Origin: Octopus sinensis
Taxonomy: Eukaryota
Assembly (NCBI RefSeq): GCF_006345805.1
Contig: NC_043003.1
Span: 89,218,001-89,282,000 of the forward strand
Reading direction: 5' to 3'
DNA: 64,000 nucleotides
Positions 37,661-51,079 of this stretch are shown here, piece by piece (the first letter of the stretch is position 1; each line of letters opens with the position of its first letter). The notes beneath the pieces were generated by a model, which made no database searches, had not been told where the DNA came from, and was given only the letters and a program-made list of their open reading frames with translations. The translations under genes and the position numbers were made by a program.

Positions 37661-38367
37661 TTTTTTTTATTTTAGAAGCAAAATATATTTGTCTTAGCTT
37701 CAATGATAAAAGAAAGCATGAAGAATTTCATAGTTTTGGTCCCATGCAACAAAAATTTGTATCAAAAAAGTTGTGAGGGAAAATATTAAAAAAATATAAA
37801 AAGTAAGGCAAAAGGTGAATTTAAGTATAATTAGCTTTTTTATTATAAAAACAAACTATATTTTAATTAAGCTTAAATGATAGAGCTCAACTCGAGGAAT
37901 TTCATGGTATCAATCTCATGCAATGAAGTTTTAAAAGAAAAAAGTTATGTGTGATTGTTTCTCAAATTTGAGGGTGATAATATAGTTCTATCCTTTTTTA
38001 TGAATATTGTTCTAGGGGACTTTTAATATGTCACCAGCATCATTGAGGTAAGGAAAAGATTATCAATGACACTGCTAATTTGCAATTAGTTTAATTACAT
38101 CATCTGTATCAAAAATTAAAATATTATTTAGAAATTTATCAAATTTATTATTCAATTTTCAATAGGGTAAAATCTTAAATTATTAATTGACACATTATTT
38201 ATTAATTAGCATAATAGCATACATGGGAAAATGCGAGCAAGAGAAATAATATTCTTAAGATTATAGACCTGGAAAAATACAGGACAAGCTATTACATCTG
38301 GTAAAGTATAGAACAAAAAATTTTTACTTAAAATATTGCAGCTAAGGATAAAATTTGAATATTAAAA

Positions 38368-39845
38368 ACTAGCAGAGTTACCCGGCGTTGCCCGAGTTAC
38401 ATACAATTGAAGAATTAGACTTTTCTATTATATTTTCTGTAATGAACTGGAATACCTGTTTCGAATTTCATCAAAATTGCAAATGAAGGTTATTTCCCTC
38501 TTTACACACCCAAACAAAATTGTAATCATGCCACATGTATCCCATACTACTGATTTTTACGCGCATATTCCAAAATTCCAGTCTTATAGAACTTGTTAAA
38601 AGGATTTTGCTCCTGAAAAATGGAGGTCATGGAGCAAAGTGGAAATAAAATATTTCTACTTTGCAAGTTTGAGTCAAGTACTCCCTTGCACGCTCCCTTG
38701 CTTCTATTGTGATGAATTTACCGCCTCTGCTTAGATATCTTTCATAGTCGCACCAAGACACTTTTCGATGGTGCTTTCCTCCAGGTGTTCAAATCTTTTT
38801 TTTTTCCTCTACATAGTATACTTTATAGACAATAGTTTTTTCTTTAATTTAATTTTTTATTTCGTTTGGTGGTGTTATTCTAGATTCACCGTCTTTGTCG
38901 GTGATCAATCCATATTTCTTCCATTTTAATTTCAATGAGTTCGCGCCTGCCAACGGCTGCAGCGAAATTCATTTTTGGACTTTCTTCTATCGAAGGTATT
39001 CTAACAAAAATGCTTCCGTGTAAACGGTGAAAATATTGCCAATTTCCCCAAACAGGGATACAATTCAATTTTTAAACAATACCTAAAGCTCCTTCTCTTA
39101 CAATTATTTAACAAATGCAACACAACAACATTACCTTTACGAGGAACCAACAAACGTGATAACAATAGTTAAACAGTAATAATAATAACAATCCTTACAG
39201 TGAATCAAAAAACAGTACGCAGTTGAAGCTATAGTACTTTATGTATAATAATCCATCTAGACTATTCCATTTCTGCACGCTAATTTTATTTTTAATTTAT
39301 TCCCATTCATGTGAAACCACTTATTCAAATTCAAATCATTGATGCAATTTTATACCAATTGCTATTTTTACTTTTTTTATGTTACAATTATATTATACTT
39401 TAGTTTGATTTTAATTATAACTTATTATTATTATTTTTATTGTTAAAGTGAAAACATCTGACATAAAATAGAGAAATGTTTTGTTTCACTTTTAACACGT
39501 AATACTGAAATAGTGGAGAAGATATGATATTGCTATGGGCTCGCTCTAGGCAAGAAGTTGAACATTTTTTTTTGCCCATGAAACTACATGGACCCTAAGT
39601 AAGGCATGTGTAAAATTTGAATGAAATTGGTTGTGTAGTTCTGAAGTTTTAGGGAATCGTAGTGGAGAAGATATGATATTGCTGTGGGCTCGCCCTAAGC
39701 AAAACGTTAAAAACGTTTTTGCCGATGACACTCCCCGGACCCTAAGTAAGGCATATGTAAAATTTGAATGTGTAGTTCTGAAGTTTTAGGGAAACACACA
39801 GACAGACAGACAGACACACATTCTTAGTTTTATATATATAAAGAT
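38368..39845 (+). mobile_element. Long Helentron/DINE-like element with an internal ~150-bp tandem duplication near the 3' end
   Basis: ACTAGC..CCCGGC/GCCCGAG start; (ACAG)n...TTTTATATATATAAAGAT end; repeat units ~39510-39660 and ~39660-39800; a 3' fragment of the same family at 41005-41260. Confidence 0.75.
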
Positions 39846-40229
39846 ATATATATATTCTTTTTTTTCTTTTCTTTTTTCTTTTTTCTATATATATATGTAT
39901 GTGTGTGTGTGTGTGTTTGTATTATATATATATATACACACACACACAAAGATAAATTGATAGATACAACTGAGTGGGCAAACAAAAATATGAGACACAG
40001 CGTAGTGCTTTTTTTATGTTGATAAACCTGGTACTTATTCTATTAGTTTCTTCTTGTGAAACCAGTAAGTTATGGGGATGTAAATAAATGAACAGCAGTT
40101 GTGAAGCAGTGATGAGGGTGAAACACATACACTTAAATATATACATACATATATATACGATTGATTTCTTTAAGTTTCTGTCTACGAAATCCATATATAT
40201 ATATATGTATATACACACACACACACAAA

Positions 40230-40612
40230 GATAAATTGTGTGGGCAAACAAAAATATGAGATACTGCCTAGTGGTTTTTTTTTTTTATTTTGATAAGCCT
40301 GGTACTTATTTTATCAGTTTCTTCTTGTGAAACCAGTAAGTTATGGGGATGTAAATAAACAAACACCAGTTGTGAGGCAGTGATGAGGGAGAAACACAAA
40401 GACACACACACAGACTTACATATATACATACATATATATACGATTGATTTCTTTCAGTTTCTGTCTACAAAATCCACTGACAAGGCTTTGGTTGGTCTGA
40501 GGCTATAGCAGAAGACACATGCCAAGTCACCACACAGTGGGACTGAACCCAGGACCATATGTTTTGGAATGAAGTTTGTTACCACACAGCCACACCTGCA
40601 CCTATATATGTG
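40230..40612 (-). mobile_element. tRNA-derived SINE with its 3' part tandemly duplicated at ~39935-40185
   Basis: SINE head at 40550-40612 on the minus strand; 39935-40185 repeats 40205-40460. Confidence 0.75.
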
Positions 40613-42953
40613 CGTGTGTATGGGTGTATATATATGTATGCATGTGAATATTACATGTACATCTATATATATATACATCTACACATATACATGTATACAT
40701 ATACATCTATATGTATAGAAATAAATGTATACATATACAGCTATACACACACACACACACACATACATAAGTGCAGGTGTGGCTGTGTTGTAACAAATTT
40801 CGTTCCAAAACACATGGTCCTGGGTTTAAATTTAAATTTAAAATAATAAGGGTGAGAAATTGAATATTAATTTGATTAATATGAATTGAAAACCAGTGGT
40901 GTAGCATATAAGACCATAGCAGATCTTCTTCTAGCAAAATGGATGTCCACTGTTAATGGTTCATCCCTCTTATATAATAGTTTGACTTTAATAGTTTCAG
41001 TAGTAAAGTGAAAGTATCTGACATTACAATAGAGAGATGTTTTTGTTTCACTTTTAACACGTAAACTGAAATAGTGGAGAAGATATGATATTGCTGTGGC
41101 CCGCTCTAGGCAAGAAGTTAGAAATCTTTTTGCCCATGACATTCCGTGGACTCTAAGTAAGGTATGTGTAAAATTTGAATGAAATTGGTTGTGTAGTTCT
41201 CAAGTTTTAGGGATTCACACAGACAGACACACACACATTCTCAGTTTTATATATATAGATTATTTGATTTTAATTTACAAAGTAACATTATAACTAAAAA
41301 TGGTAGCATCATTTTGTTAAAATATTCACACATACTAGAATACTTTAAAAATGAGAGCCAGAAGTACCAATATAGCTAAAGTTTTATGCAAAGTAGAATA
41401 GTATATATGGTAGGCAAATTCATTTTGTAAAAAATCGGCATTGGGTCAAGACTGAAAATGTGAAGATTTGGCAATAACCTAGGCAATAACTCAAGCAAAT
41501 TTTACTGTGAATTTGTTGGTATGGGTAGATTTTACTGTAATATATAACTAATTTTTGTATTATTCTATTTATTGTACTACTATTATTTTTTATAACCTAT
41601 TTTCAAATTTCTAATTATTAGTTAATAATTTTAAAAATGAATTTTTTTGAAGTGCAAAAAGTATCTTGAGTTGTTTTTTAAATTTTTAATAGAAGTAACA
41701 AATAATAACATATAGAAGTAATAACTTCTATTTTTTTATCCTTTCTTGAGTAGAATTGTCTCTAGTGATGAAAAGTTGGTTCTTTATAATTATTTCCAGT
41801 AAAAATGACAATGGTTAGTGCCAATTGAAAAAGAAAATCCATCCTCAAACCAAAACTACTCTCCTGACCTTGCTCCATCTTACTATCAACTTTTCAGATC
41901 ATTGCAATATAACTTAGATGGAAAATAGTCTATTAATTGTAAAGAGGTTGAAAATGGTATTATGTGTTTCTTAGCTTCAAAACCCAAAGGATTTTTCACA
42001 CCCAAGGGATAAATAATTTTATCAATACAGGAGATTATGTTTTCTATAGATGGGTAGGTTGTTGTTGAGTCACCTAATGTGACTCACTCAGAAGGCTATA
42101 ATCTCGTTTGGTAGTAAATCTGAATGAAGAACATATAAACAAGGTTATAACTTTAAATGTGTTTATTGTGGCCACACGTATATACACAACTGAATTATAG
42201 ACGGAATGGTTGGTGCATAGAGGCCATGGTCTTCTGTGCTTTGCTCCTATCTGCAAGCTGGCATGTGGCATGAGAGAGAGAGCCAGTCAGGTTGCACCTT
42301 CACAGTTTGTGTCCCAGTGCCAAAAGAGGAAGAGGCTAGAGTAGAAGACACTTGTCCAAGGTGCCACACAGTAGGACTGAACATGGAACCATGTGGTTGA
42401 GCACCAAGCTTCTTTCCACACAACCATGCCTACACCTATATGTTGTATTCAATTGAAGCAGTATATAATGTATATACATGTTGATAGCCAAGTTACTGTG
42501 GTTTTCATCTGAGATAAAAAAAAAAAACAACAATATATTTTGAAGGGAGATGAAAAAAATCATCCTGACAACAATTACCAAGAACATTAGAAGGCCCTAC
42601 AAGGTCAAAATGCATCTAGCATTTTAGCTGGTCACTGTCAGAGTATATACTATGTTTTTAAATGCAGCATATTCCATATTTCATCTCAGACACGAACCAT
42701 GGTAACTTACTTGTCAATGGTGTATATACAAAGTATGATACATAGGTGACTGGTTGATTGAATGCAGCTTCAATTGTGAACACAGGAAAATTAATTGTTT
42801 TGACAAATATTTTCAATTTCTTTAATATTTTCAAAAATTATCATAACAGCACTGGAAATGTATTTTGTTAGAAATCCTTGTTGTTGTGTAAAGTCTAAAC
42901 CTTATAATAAGAGTAAATGACTATAGTAATTGAACTTGCATAATGATAAAGTA

Positions 42954-44775
42954 TTGGATTGGCAACTAAGTTCCCGCTGTTTTAATTTTGTAATTTATTG
43001 CATTTTTAAATTTTGGAATCTATATTTTTCGAGAATTCTATTTTTGAATTATTTTGGAATCTATTTTGTTTCTTTTCTAGTTAATTTTAGTTAATTTTTG
43101 TTTATTTTCAGATCATTAAAATGGCATGTCAAGTTAAGAAAAACGAGCATTTTTGACACCTCCTTCTTTTTGCTTTTAACCAAGATTCTAAGGCTGCAAA
43201 AGCTGCTCGCGACATTTGTGCTGTGTATGGAGAGGATGCCATAGCTGAAAGAACCACTCGTGATTGGTATGCCAAGTTCAAAAATGGAAATTTTAACCTC
43301 AGAGACACACCTTGTTCTGGCTGTTCAGTTGAGTTCAATGAAGAGCGATTAAACAAACTTTTGCATGAAAATTCTCATCAAATGACAAGGAAACTGGCAG
43401 AGAAAATGGAATGCTCTCACACTGCTAAAGAGAAACATCTTCGCTCATGGGAAAGGTTCAGAAGTATGGAGCATGGGTTCCACATACTTTAAGTGACAAC
43501 AACAAAAATCAATGAGCCACAATCTCCACTGGTTTGCTTGCTCATCACCGCTCAACTCATGAATACAAGCAATGATTTCTTTACTGAATCGTTACTGGCA
43601 ACGAAAAATGGTGCCTGTACATCAATATGGAGCAGCGTAAGGAATGGCTTAGTCCTGGTAAACAAGTGACACCACGCGTGAAACAAGAATTTCATCCGTG
43701 TAAAATGATGTTGTGCGTATGGTGGGACTAGGAAGGGATTATCCATTACGAATTGCTTGAATGGAACCAGACAGTCAATGCGGAACTCTATGTTCAACAG
43801 ATGGAACGACTCAACACGGCTATTCAAGAGAAAAGACCTAATCGTCAGCATAGAGTTCTTCTGCATGACAATGCCCACCCTCATATCGCCAATATGACCA
43901 AGGGAGCCATTCAAACGCATGGCTGGGAAGTGCTGCCACACTCGCCGTACTCCCCTGATTTGGCACCAATGGATTTTGGATCTTTCCCCTTTGAACAGCA
44001 GATCGAGAAATTAATTTTTTGTAACTAAACACTCTCAAACTTCGGACACTGGTAGAATGTGTCATATAAAACATCTTTTATTCTTAGCATTTTTGAGAAA
44101 AACTTATATTTACGAAGTTATTTCGTGTTAAAGTTGTCACATTTCGGTAATTTCAACCAATCAATGACTTGTATTCAGCTGAATAAAATTACTGCTGTTG
44201 TTTGTCAGCAACAACTATCTGCAGTGTATATTTCGTTTGTCACTGTTATTTGTCACCAGAAGTTCTTGTTGACAAACAACAGCAGTAATTTTATTCAGCT
44301 GAATACATGTCATTGATTGGTTGAAATTACTGAAATAAGACAACTTTAACACAAAATAACTTCATAAATATAAACTTTTCACGAAAATGCTAAGAGTAAA
44401 AGATGTCTTATATGAGACATTCTACCAGAATACGGAGTTTGAAAGTGTTTAGTTACAAAAAATTATTTTCTAAATCTGCCAGTCAAAAGGTAAAGATCCC
44501 AGATTTCCACCTCTTTCAATCTATTTCAAATGCTATGCGCAGAGTTTCATTCAACAGTAATGCAGAATTGAGAGCTTGGATAAATTTTTCGAGTCGAAAT
44601 CGGGTGATTTCTACCAACGAGGTATTGAAAATCTTGTTGAACGTTGGGAAGAAATTGTTAACAAGGGTGAATACATTATTGATTAATTAGTTGTTATTTT
44701 TTATTAAGCTTTTTTATTAAGCTTTTTTATAAATTTAAATTTTAAAAAACGGCAGGAATTTAGTTGCCAACCTAA
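42954..44775 (+). mobile_element. Mariner (DD34D) transposon, decayed, interrupted by a MITE
   Basis: TIRs 'ttggattggcaactaagttcc' / 'ggaatttagttgccaacctaa' with TA; HTH WYAKFKNGNF, VTGNEKW, LHDNAHPH, PHSPYSPDLAP.DFHLF split by the insertion. Confidence 0.92.
43978..44499. mobile_element. Long-TIR fold-back MITE (~230-bp TIRs, GGATC termini, 8-bp TSD)
   Basis: Arms GGATCTTT.../...AAAGATCC; flanks TGGATTTT and CAGATTTC, consistent with a duplicated CGGATTTC. Confidence 0.85.
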
Positions 44776-47099
44776 TAGATTAAGTTCATAATTATGAGAG
44801 AAGGTAGGACTGTGTGTGGTTAAGAAGCATTGCTGCTTTGTAACTCAATGGTTTCAAGTTCAACCTCATTGGGTGGTACCTTGGGCAAATTTCTTTTACC
44901 AAAACCTTGCAAAAGAAATTTGGTAGATGGAAATTGCATTGCTAAGACTGTTCTTGCTTGTGGAGGATAAGTTTATCTGTTGTCCAATCAAACATAATCA
45001 CCTGGCACATGGATGCTATTAGTAGACTCTCCCCTGCTAAAGTTGAGGAACTCTACTTTGAAATTTCCACTACATAAAGATAGTAACCTTGAGCTTTGTT
45101 AATTTACATAAAAAAAAACACTATGTTATACCAATAAGATGCTCACGTTTTTGGATAGCTTGCTTTAACTATCACAAGTGTCTCTATTTTAAATTGTAAG
45201 CTTTCATTTTTTAATGCATGTTTGTGAGAAAACTGGTACAATTTGCAATAATACGCATTTTAGACACACCCCAGTGTTATGGAACTTGTGTTCTTGGAAA
45301 CCTTTGCTTAACATGAAACCTATCCACCATATTTGATTGAAGTCAATAGGAAATATGATTCACACTGCATCAAGGTTTTCAAGAACAAAACACGGAAGAT
45401 GCCTAAAATTCAATCGCAGACTAAATCTTTTGGCGACCACAGTATCTTCGGTCAGATATAAGCTCAAGGAAAATAACTCAGCTAGGACCCAACTGTGATC
45501 TATATACGTATATTTTTAAATACTAGGGTTAATCGAGTTAAAAGCGTTTGTAGTGAGGCACAAGAAACCAGTGCCATTTTGAATGAGATCTCTCCTGCAA
45601 TCATTTGCCATGCGCAAGACAACAAAACAAAATTCTTGCCGGCAACCAGTATTTAAGCAAGAAACAATGACATTCACTCTCTCATTTCTTCTCACACTTA
45701 CGCCAAGAAACACGGCATAGCCAGCAGCTCACAGCAGAGTCTTGTCCCACTCTGACTCCACATGCTTATCTCAAGAGATAATGAACCTCATGTGTACGGA
45801 GTTAAGACAAACCACGTGTGGCTATAAAGATGGTCAGTGAGAACAAACCACATGAATGAGAATTCTGTAAATAAATGGCTATTGAATTGTACTTCACTTG
45901 TGAACTTCTTCTTCGTGTTCCAAATCCTTGAAACTACAAAAATAATTATAATGGAAGGAGATACTCCACAGGTATCATAAACCTTCCATTCCATTATACA
46001 TTCATGCTACGAACTTTCACAGACACAAGTCTAATGCTCTTATCTATAGTTATTTTTGGTCATGTTCATAGCCTGAAGTGTCATAATGTTATGTAGGAAA
46101 CAGAAGGAAACCTTATAAATCGAGGCAAAAGGGATGAGAACATAGTAAATATAAGTGATACACTTGAAAGGAACTGTTGCTATACGCCTTAATTTAATTC
46201 CAAGGAAAGTAAAGCCTGTGTTTGAAGATTTAAATGCTAACCATGGTAAGGGTGTGACTAAAGAATTAGCCATGTTTTGTTCCATCAATCAACCACGGCA
46301 GTAGTTGAATAGTATTCTTAAGGCTGCAATTTACTCACATGCAGCATCTTTCAGGGCTTGTCGCTAATTCAGTTCCGAAACAAACTGAAAACTGTTAACA
46401 TTTTTGAAGAGGACTGGTCCCTAGTTACAGAACTGTTAATGCTGCTTCCTGCTGCTGAAGAGGATTGGCTTTCAAGAGCCCTGTATCGGTGCCATGTAAA
46501 AGTACCTGTGCTCTCACTATATAAAAAGCTCCTGCACTAACACCACATAATGGCACTCGTGCTGGTGCCATGTAAAAGTAACTGTGCTGATGCCATGTAA
46601 AAACAGCACCTAACACACTGTAAAGTTGCTAGCATTAGGAAGGGCATCCAGCCATAGAAACCAAGTCAAATCTGGTGCAGCTTTCCTGCTTGCCAGCTCT
46701 GGTCAAACCAGCCAACCCATTCCAGCATGGAAAACAGATGTCAAATGATGATGATATCTATCTACCTATCTATCTATATATGTATAATATATTATAATCA
46801 TCATCATCATCGTTTAATGTTCGTCTTCTATGCTAGCATGGATGGGATGGTACCACAAGAGCCAGCCAGGCTGAAGTCTGCACCAGATTTCTGTGATTGT
46901 ATTGGCAGGATTTTTAACACCAACCACTCAGCAGAGTAGACTTAGTGCTTTTTACATGGCATAAGTACAGACGAGGCGAGTAGTGCTTTTTATGTGGCAC
47001 AAGCACTGGTAAGGTCAGTTTTGGCAAGGTTTTTGTAGCTGGATTCTACATTACAGTGTGGACTGGGTGCTTATAAGTGGTACCTGCACTGACAGGATC

Positions 47100-47760
47100 A
47101 CAAAGTACTTGCAAGACATTTAAAAAAAAAATTTTTAAGAGGATGCAGTGGAGGAGGTGATAATGTAAAGGTTATAGTGGCAGATGCAGGTGTTTTGCTA
47201 TAGAGGAAGTACAAGAGTACCCGCCTGGAGAGAAAAAGATGCGGAAGGAAGACAGAAACAGGTGTGTTACTCCAAAGAAAATACACAGTTTTCCAACCTG
47301 AGGGAAGTGTAGGAGGAGAGAGTGGGAGGCAGCAGGATAGAGATGGTGGCAAAATGCCGGGCGTACTCACAAGGAGCAGGGATCAGAATATAAATAAGAT
47401 GGTTGAGTAAAGGAAGAGAGAGATATAGATGGTGGCAAGTGCTGGGGCATACCTTGGAGGTTCAAATATAAGTGGCCTGATATTGCGAAGGGAGTGTGAT
47501 TAAAGAGTGCGAGTAAGTGGCAAAAGGCCTGGGTATATATAGAGTTGGAGGGGCTACTGAATAGCAATGATACAGAGGAACAGGGGTGTGAGGATAGGAT
47601 TGTGTACGAAGGAGGAAATGTGAGAAAGATGTAGATTGGTTTGTTGGGGCAGGGTGAGGGAAAAGTTTTCTTATTACATGTGGGGGGAACACCCAGGTCA
47701 GGAGCTAGCAGATAGCAATAATAGAGTGAGTGAGACAGGGCATGTGGGTAGAACAAACAG
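47100..47760 (-). mobile_element. Highly decayed Penelope-like RT relic
   Basis: Minus frames echo PLE RT: FNHTPFAISGHLYLNLQGMPQ, FLWSNTPVSVFL, LYSKTP...HP. Confidence 0.4.
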
Positions 47761-48179
47761 GTCGGGGACAAGTGGAAAGCAATAAAATTATAGTAATAAT
47801 AGAAATAATAAACATAGTGGGATGGACCAGGCTAACAATAATCAAAACAGAATGCATAAAATAAAGAACACCATTAACCATCAAGAATGGACAGTGGGAA
47901 GAGTTTAAAATAGAAAATCCATGCTATTAAAATACAATAGAGTACTTAGAACTGAGAAGCAGAGTACAAATTTACATGAATTTGTGCCAAATAGAGTGCT
48001 AAGTGACTTAGATAAGAATGGACTTATTAAGAGGTCCCATTCAGATAGGGGAGGTAACCAATACATAAGCTCTGCCAATAGTACTGTACAAATAACTGAC
48101 AAATATTATAGAAAACAAGCCCAATGCTGAAATAAAAACCAGATAAATAGGTTACACATTTTTACAAAAAGCTTAGGTA

Positions 48180-49128
48180 GAAAAAGAAATACATGCCTCA
48201 AAAACATATTACTAGCAATATTGAGTGGTGTATGCTGCCCTTCAGAAAACATAATTTCCAGTATACCAAAATTGTTCTATTTGACATTAGCTAAACATTT
48301 TCCAAAAGACAGTAAATCCTAAATAATATTTAATAAACATAGAATTAGACTAGCCTTTTGTAATAGCAAAAATCTAGCTCAAATTTTAGCAGCAAACAAT
48401 GCTATAGATAAAATAGTTTTCATAACAATAACAACAATAGTAACCAGAATAATAATTAAAGATCAATGAATAGCAACAAAATGTCAACACGAGTAAACAA
48501 ACCATAAGTAACCCAACAAGGTATCAGGATAGGAACTATGGGTTGACAACCAATAAAATAGAAATTACCCAAACAAACTCCTGCATTAGCCTGGAAGTGG
48601 AAGATGTGGGATCCAAAAATGTTCAGTACTCAGAATGTCTATGTGGAAAAGAGTAATAAGCTTAGAAGATAGACAGGAGAATTTAGAAATCACCTCAAGT
48701 GAAGCTGAAATAGAAGCTATTGATGGAAGTAGTAGAACTATCAAATGTGATTGTGCAAGGAACAGGGTCTGTTTGCTCAACTCTAATTGTAGGTATAAAA
48801 ATATTGTATACAGAGGATAGGGATTACTTCTATATAGGAGCAAAGAAATTCCAGTCATTTAAATTTGTTTGGGTATAGAAACAAAATGAATAATTCTAGC
48901 CTTACTAAACTAATTTGGACACTAAAAGATAGTAACAAAGTATATTCGATTGCTTGGGAAATAATTAGTAAGGCAAAACCTTATAGAATAGGTGATAATA
49001 GATGTGACTCTTGTGTGGAAGAAATGTACCAAATTTTCACTTCTAAATTTACTCTTATAAACACAAGACAGGAACAGGTTCGAAGATGTCTGCACTGGAG
49101 AAAATATATGTTTAAACAATTTAAATAA
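48180..49128 (+). mobile_element. Penelope-like element C-terminus (Hydra-clade-like: CxC linker, GIY-YIG with CxxC...CxH tail), decayed
   Basis: KHFPKDSK..IFNKHRIRLAFCNSKNLAQILAANN; CDCARNRVCLLNSNCRYKNIVY; YFYIG; LTKLIWTLKD..IAWEIISKAKPY..RCDSCVEE..LINTRQE..RCLH. Confidence 0.75.
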
Positions 49129-49253
49129 ACACAACTCACTATCTATAGTAATTATGCTAGTTACAATAATGATTGTAATATTTTAAAAAATCTTTTATCT
49201 TTTACTTGTTTCAGTCATTAGACTGCAACAAATTTATTACTTATATAAATATG

Positions 49254-51079
49254 TGTGGGATGACGTCAGCAGCTGGGTGCGCTGACTGGAAGTTGGGGCA
49301 ACCGGAAGGGGCAGCCGTGAGGCGCGCGCAGGGAGCGGCGATTTCGGCCTTTCGAACCAGGGTCGTTGACGTGTGAAGACGGGGGAAGACGTTGCTAAGG
49401 TTGGGTGAAGCAGCTGCTATCTCTAGCGTTCGGGTTGGGGCTGTGTCGAAGGATCTATTACTACTGAAGGGTCTCCATTGGAGCGAAGAGAAGGTAGGTG
49501 CCTTTATTTCGAATCTCTCGCATACACCACAAGCTATTTCAGCACTCCACATAAGTCAGCACCACAATGTCTGCGAAAATCAGGATTGCCAGCGACAATC
49601 CTGATTGTGAAGGCAATGTAGTGGCCTGGATTCATAAAATCAGGCTGGTGGCAAGGCTGCAAGGTATAAGCGATGTGGCAAGTCTTATGGCGCTGTATTT
49701 GGAAAGGAGCGCATTAACGCTATACCTTGAGATGGAGGAGGAGGAACGCCTGAGCAAGGAAAAGATAGAGCAACGATTGCGGGATGCCTACACAGAATGT
49801 GAATACACAGCTTTTGCTAAGCTGAGTACGATTCGGTGGACGAGTACGCGGCAGAAGTTAGAAGGTTAGCGACGCTGGCTGGGTTTACGGGAGAAGGGCT
49901 GGAAAGAGCAGCGCGGCTGGCGTTTGTAAATGGGTTCCCCGACGATGTAGGGATACACCTACAATGATTACACAGGATTAAAAAGATGGCGCTGAGCGAA
50001 CTTGTGACTCAAGCCCAAATGTTGACGCGACACTCTGGCCGGAAGGCGATAGCGATGGCAGTGACAGAGGTGCGTAAAGACGGATGACGACCTGAGAAAG
50101 ACATACAGAAGTGGCCATTCTCAGGTCAGTGTTTTAGATGCCAGGGGTCGCACATGGTGCGGGAATGTATGCAACCGGAGCCCGTTTGCTATCGATGCAG
50201 GCAGACAGGGCACATTGCCCGTGATTACAACCAGGGAATTGACCGCGGGAAAGTTGCTGCCTCTCGAACTTTCCCCGCAAACGAGTAGAAGCGCTATTGG
50301 AGACGCTGCCATTAATTGACGTGGAGGCCGAGGGGAAGACGTTCAAGGCCCTCGTGGATACGGGCTGTACGACCACTCTTGTGACTACAAGGGTGACGAA
50401 GGAATGGAACGGGGCAAGTAGCGTCTGGCCAGTCGACAGCAGCGAAATCCATTGCAGAGGCAGCAGCAAGGTAGAGATAGTGGTGCGCGACGCTAAGGCT
50501 GCAGGTAATTGTGGCTGAACGCGTGATAGATGGGGTTGATGTGGTGATGGAGATGGACACCATCAACAGCCTTGGTGGCCTCGGTGTTGTGGGAAATGAG
50601 GTCACCTTCGGAAGCGTGGGGGCGTCGTGCACTGCGAGTCAGGATCGCCAGAGAGAGCAGAGAGACTGCGCTGCTTACACCATCGAGGACAAAGACTTTC
50701 AGGCGGCGTTCGATGGTCAGCGGTGGACGATAGAGTGGCGATGGAAGGACGAGCCCCCGATGCTGAAAAACAGAGTGAGCTGTTACCAGCATACCCTGAA
50801 AGGCCACGCCAGGGTTGAGTTTGAAGACGAGGTGGAGAGGTGGATCGACATTTTGGTGGACGAAATTTTCGTCCACCAAAATGTCGTCGATTTCAGCCTT
50901 TCGAACCAGGGTCGTTGACGTGTGAAGACGGGGGAGGACGTTGCTAAGGTTGGGTGAAGCAGCTGCTATCTTTAGCGTTCGGGTCGGGGCTGTGTCGAAG
51001 GATCCGATACCACTGAAGGGTCTCCATTGGAGCGAAGAGAAGGTAGGTGCCTGTATATTCGAATTGCGCACACACTACA
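49254..51079 (+). mobile_element. LTR element C (family A), internally deleted
   Basis: 5' LTR 49254-49531, PBS AGCTATTTCAGC 49532-49543, gag and PR, truncated 3' LTR ~50887-51079, TSD ATATG (49249-49253, 51080-51084). Confidence 0.95.
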
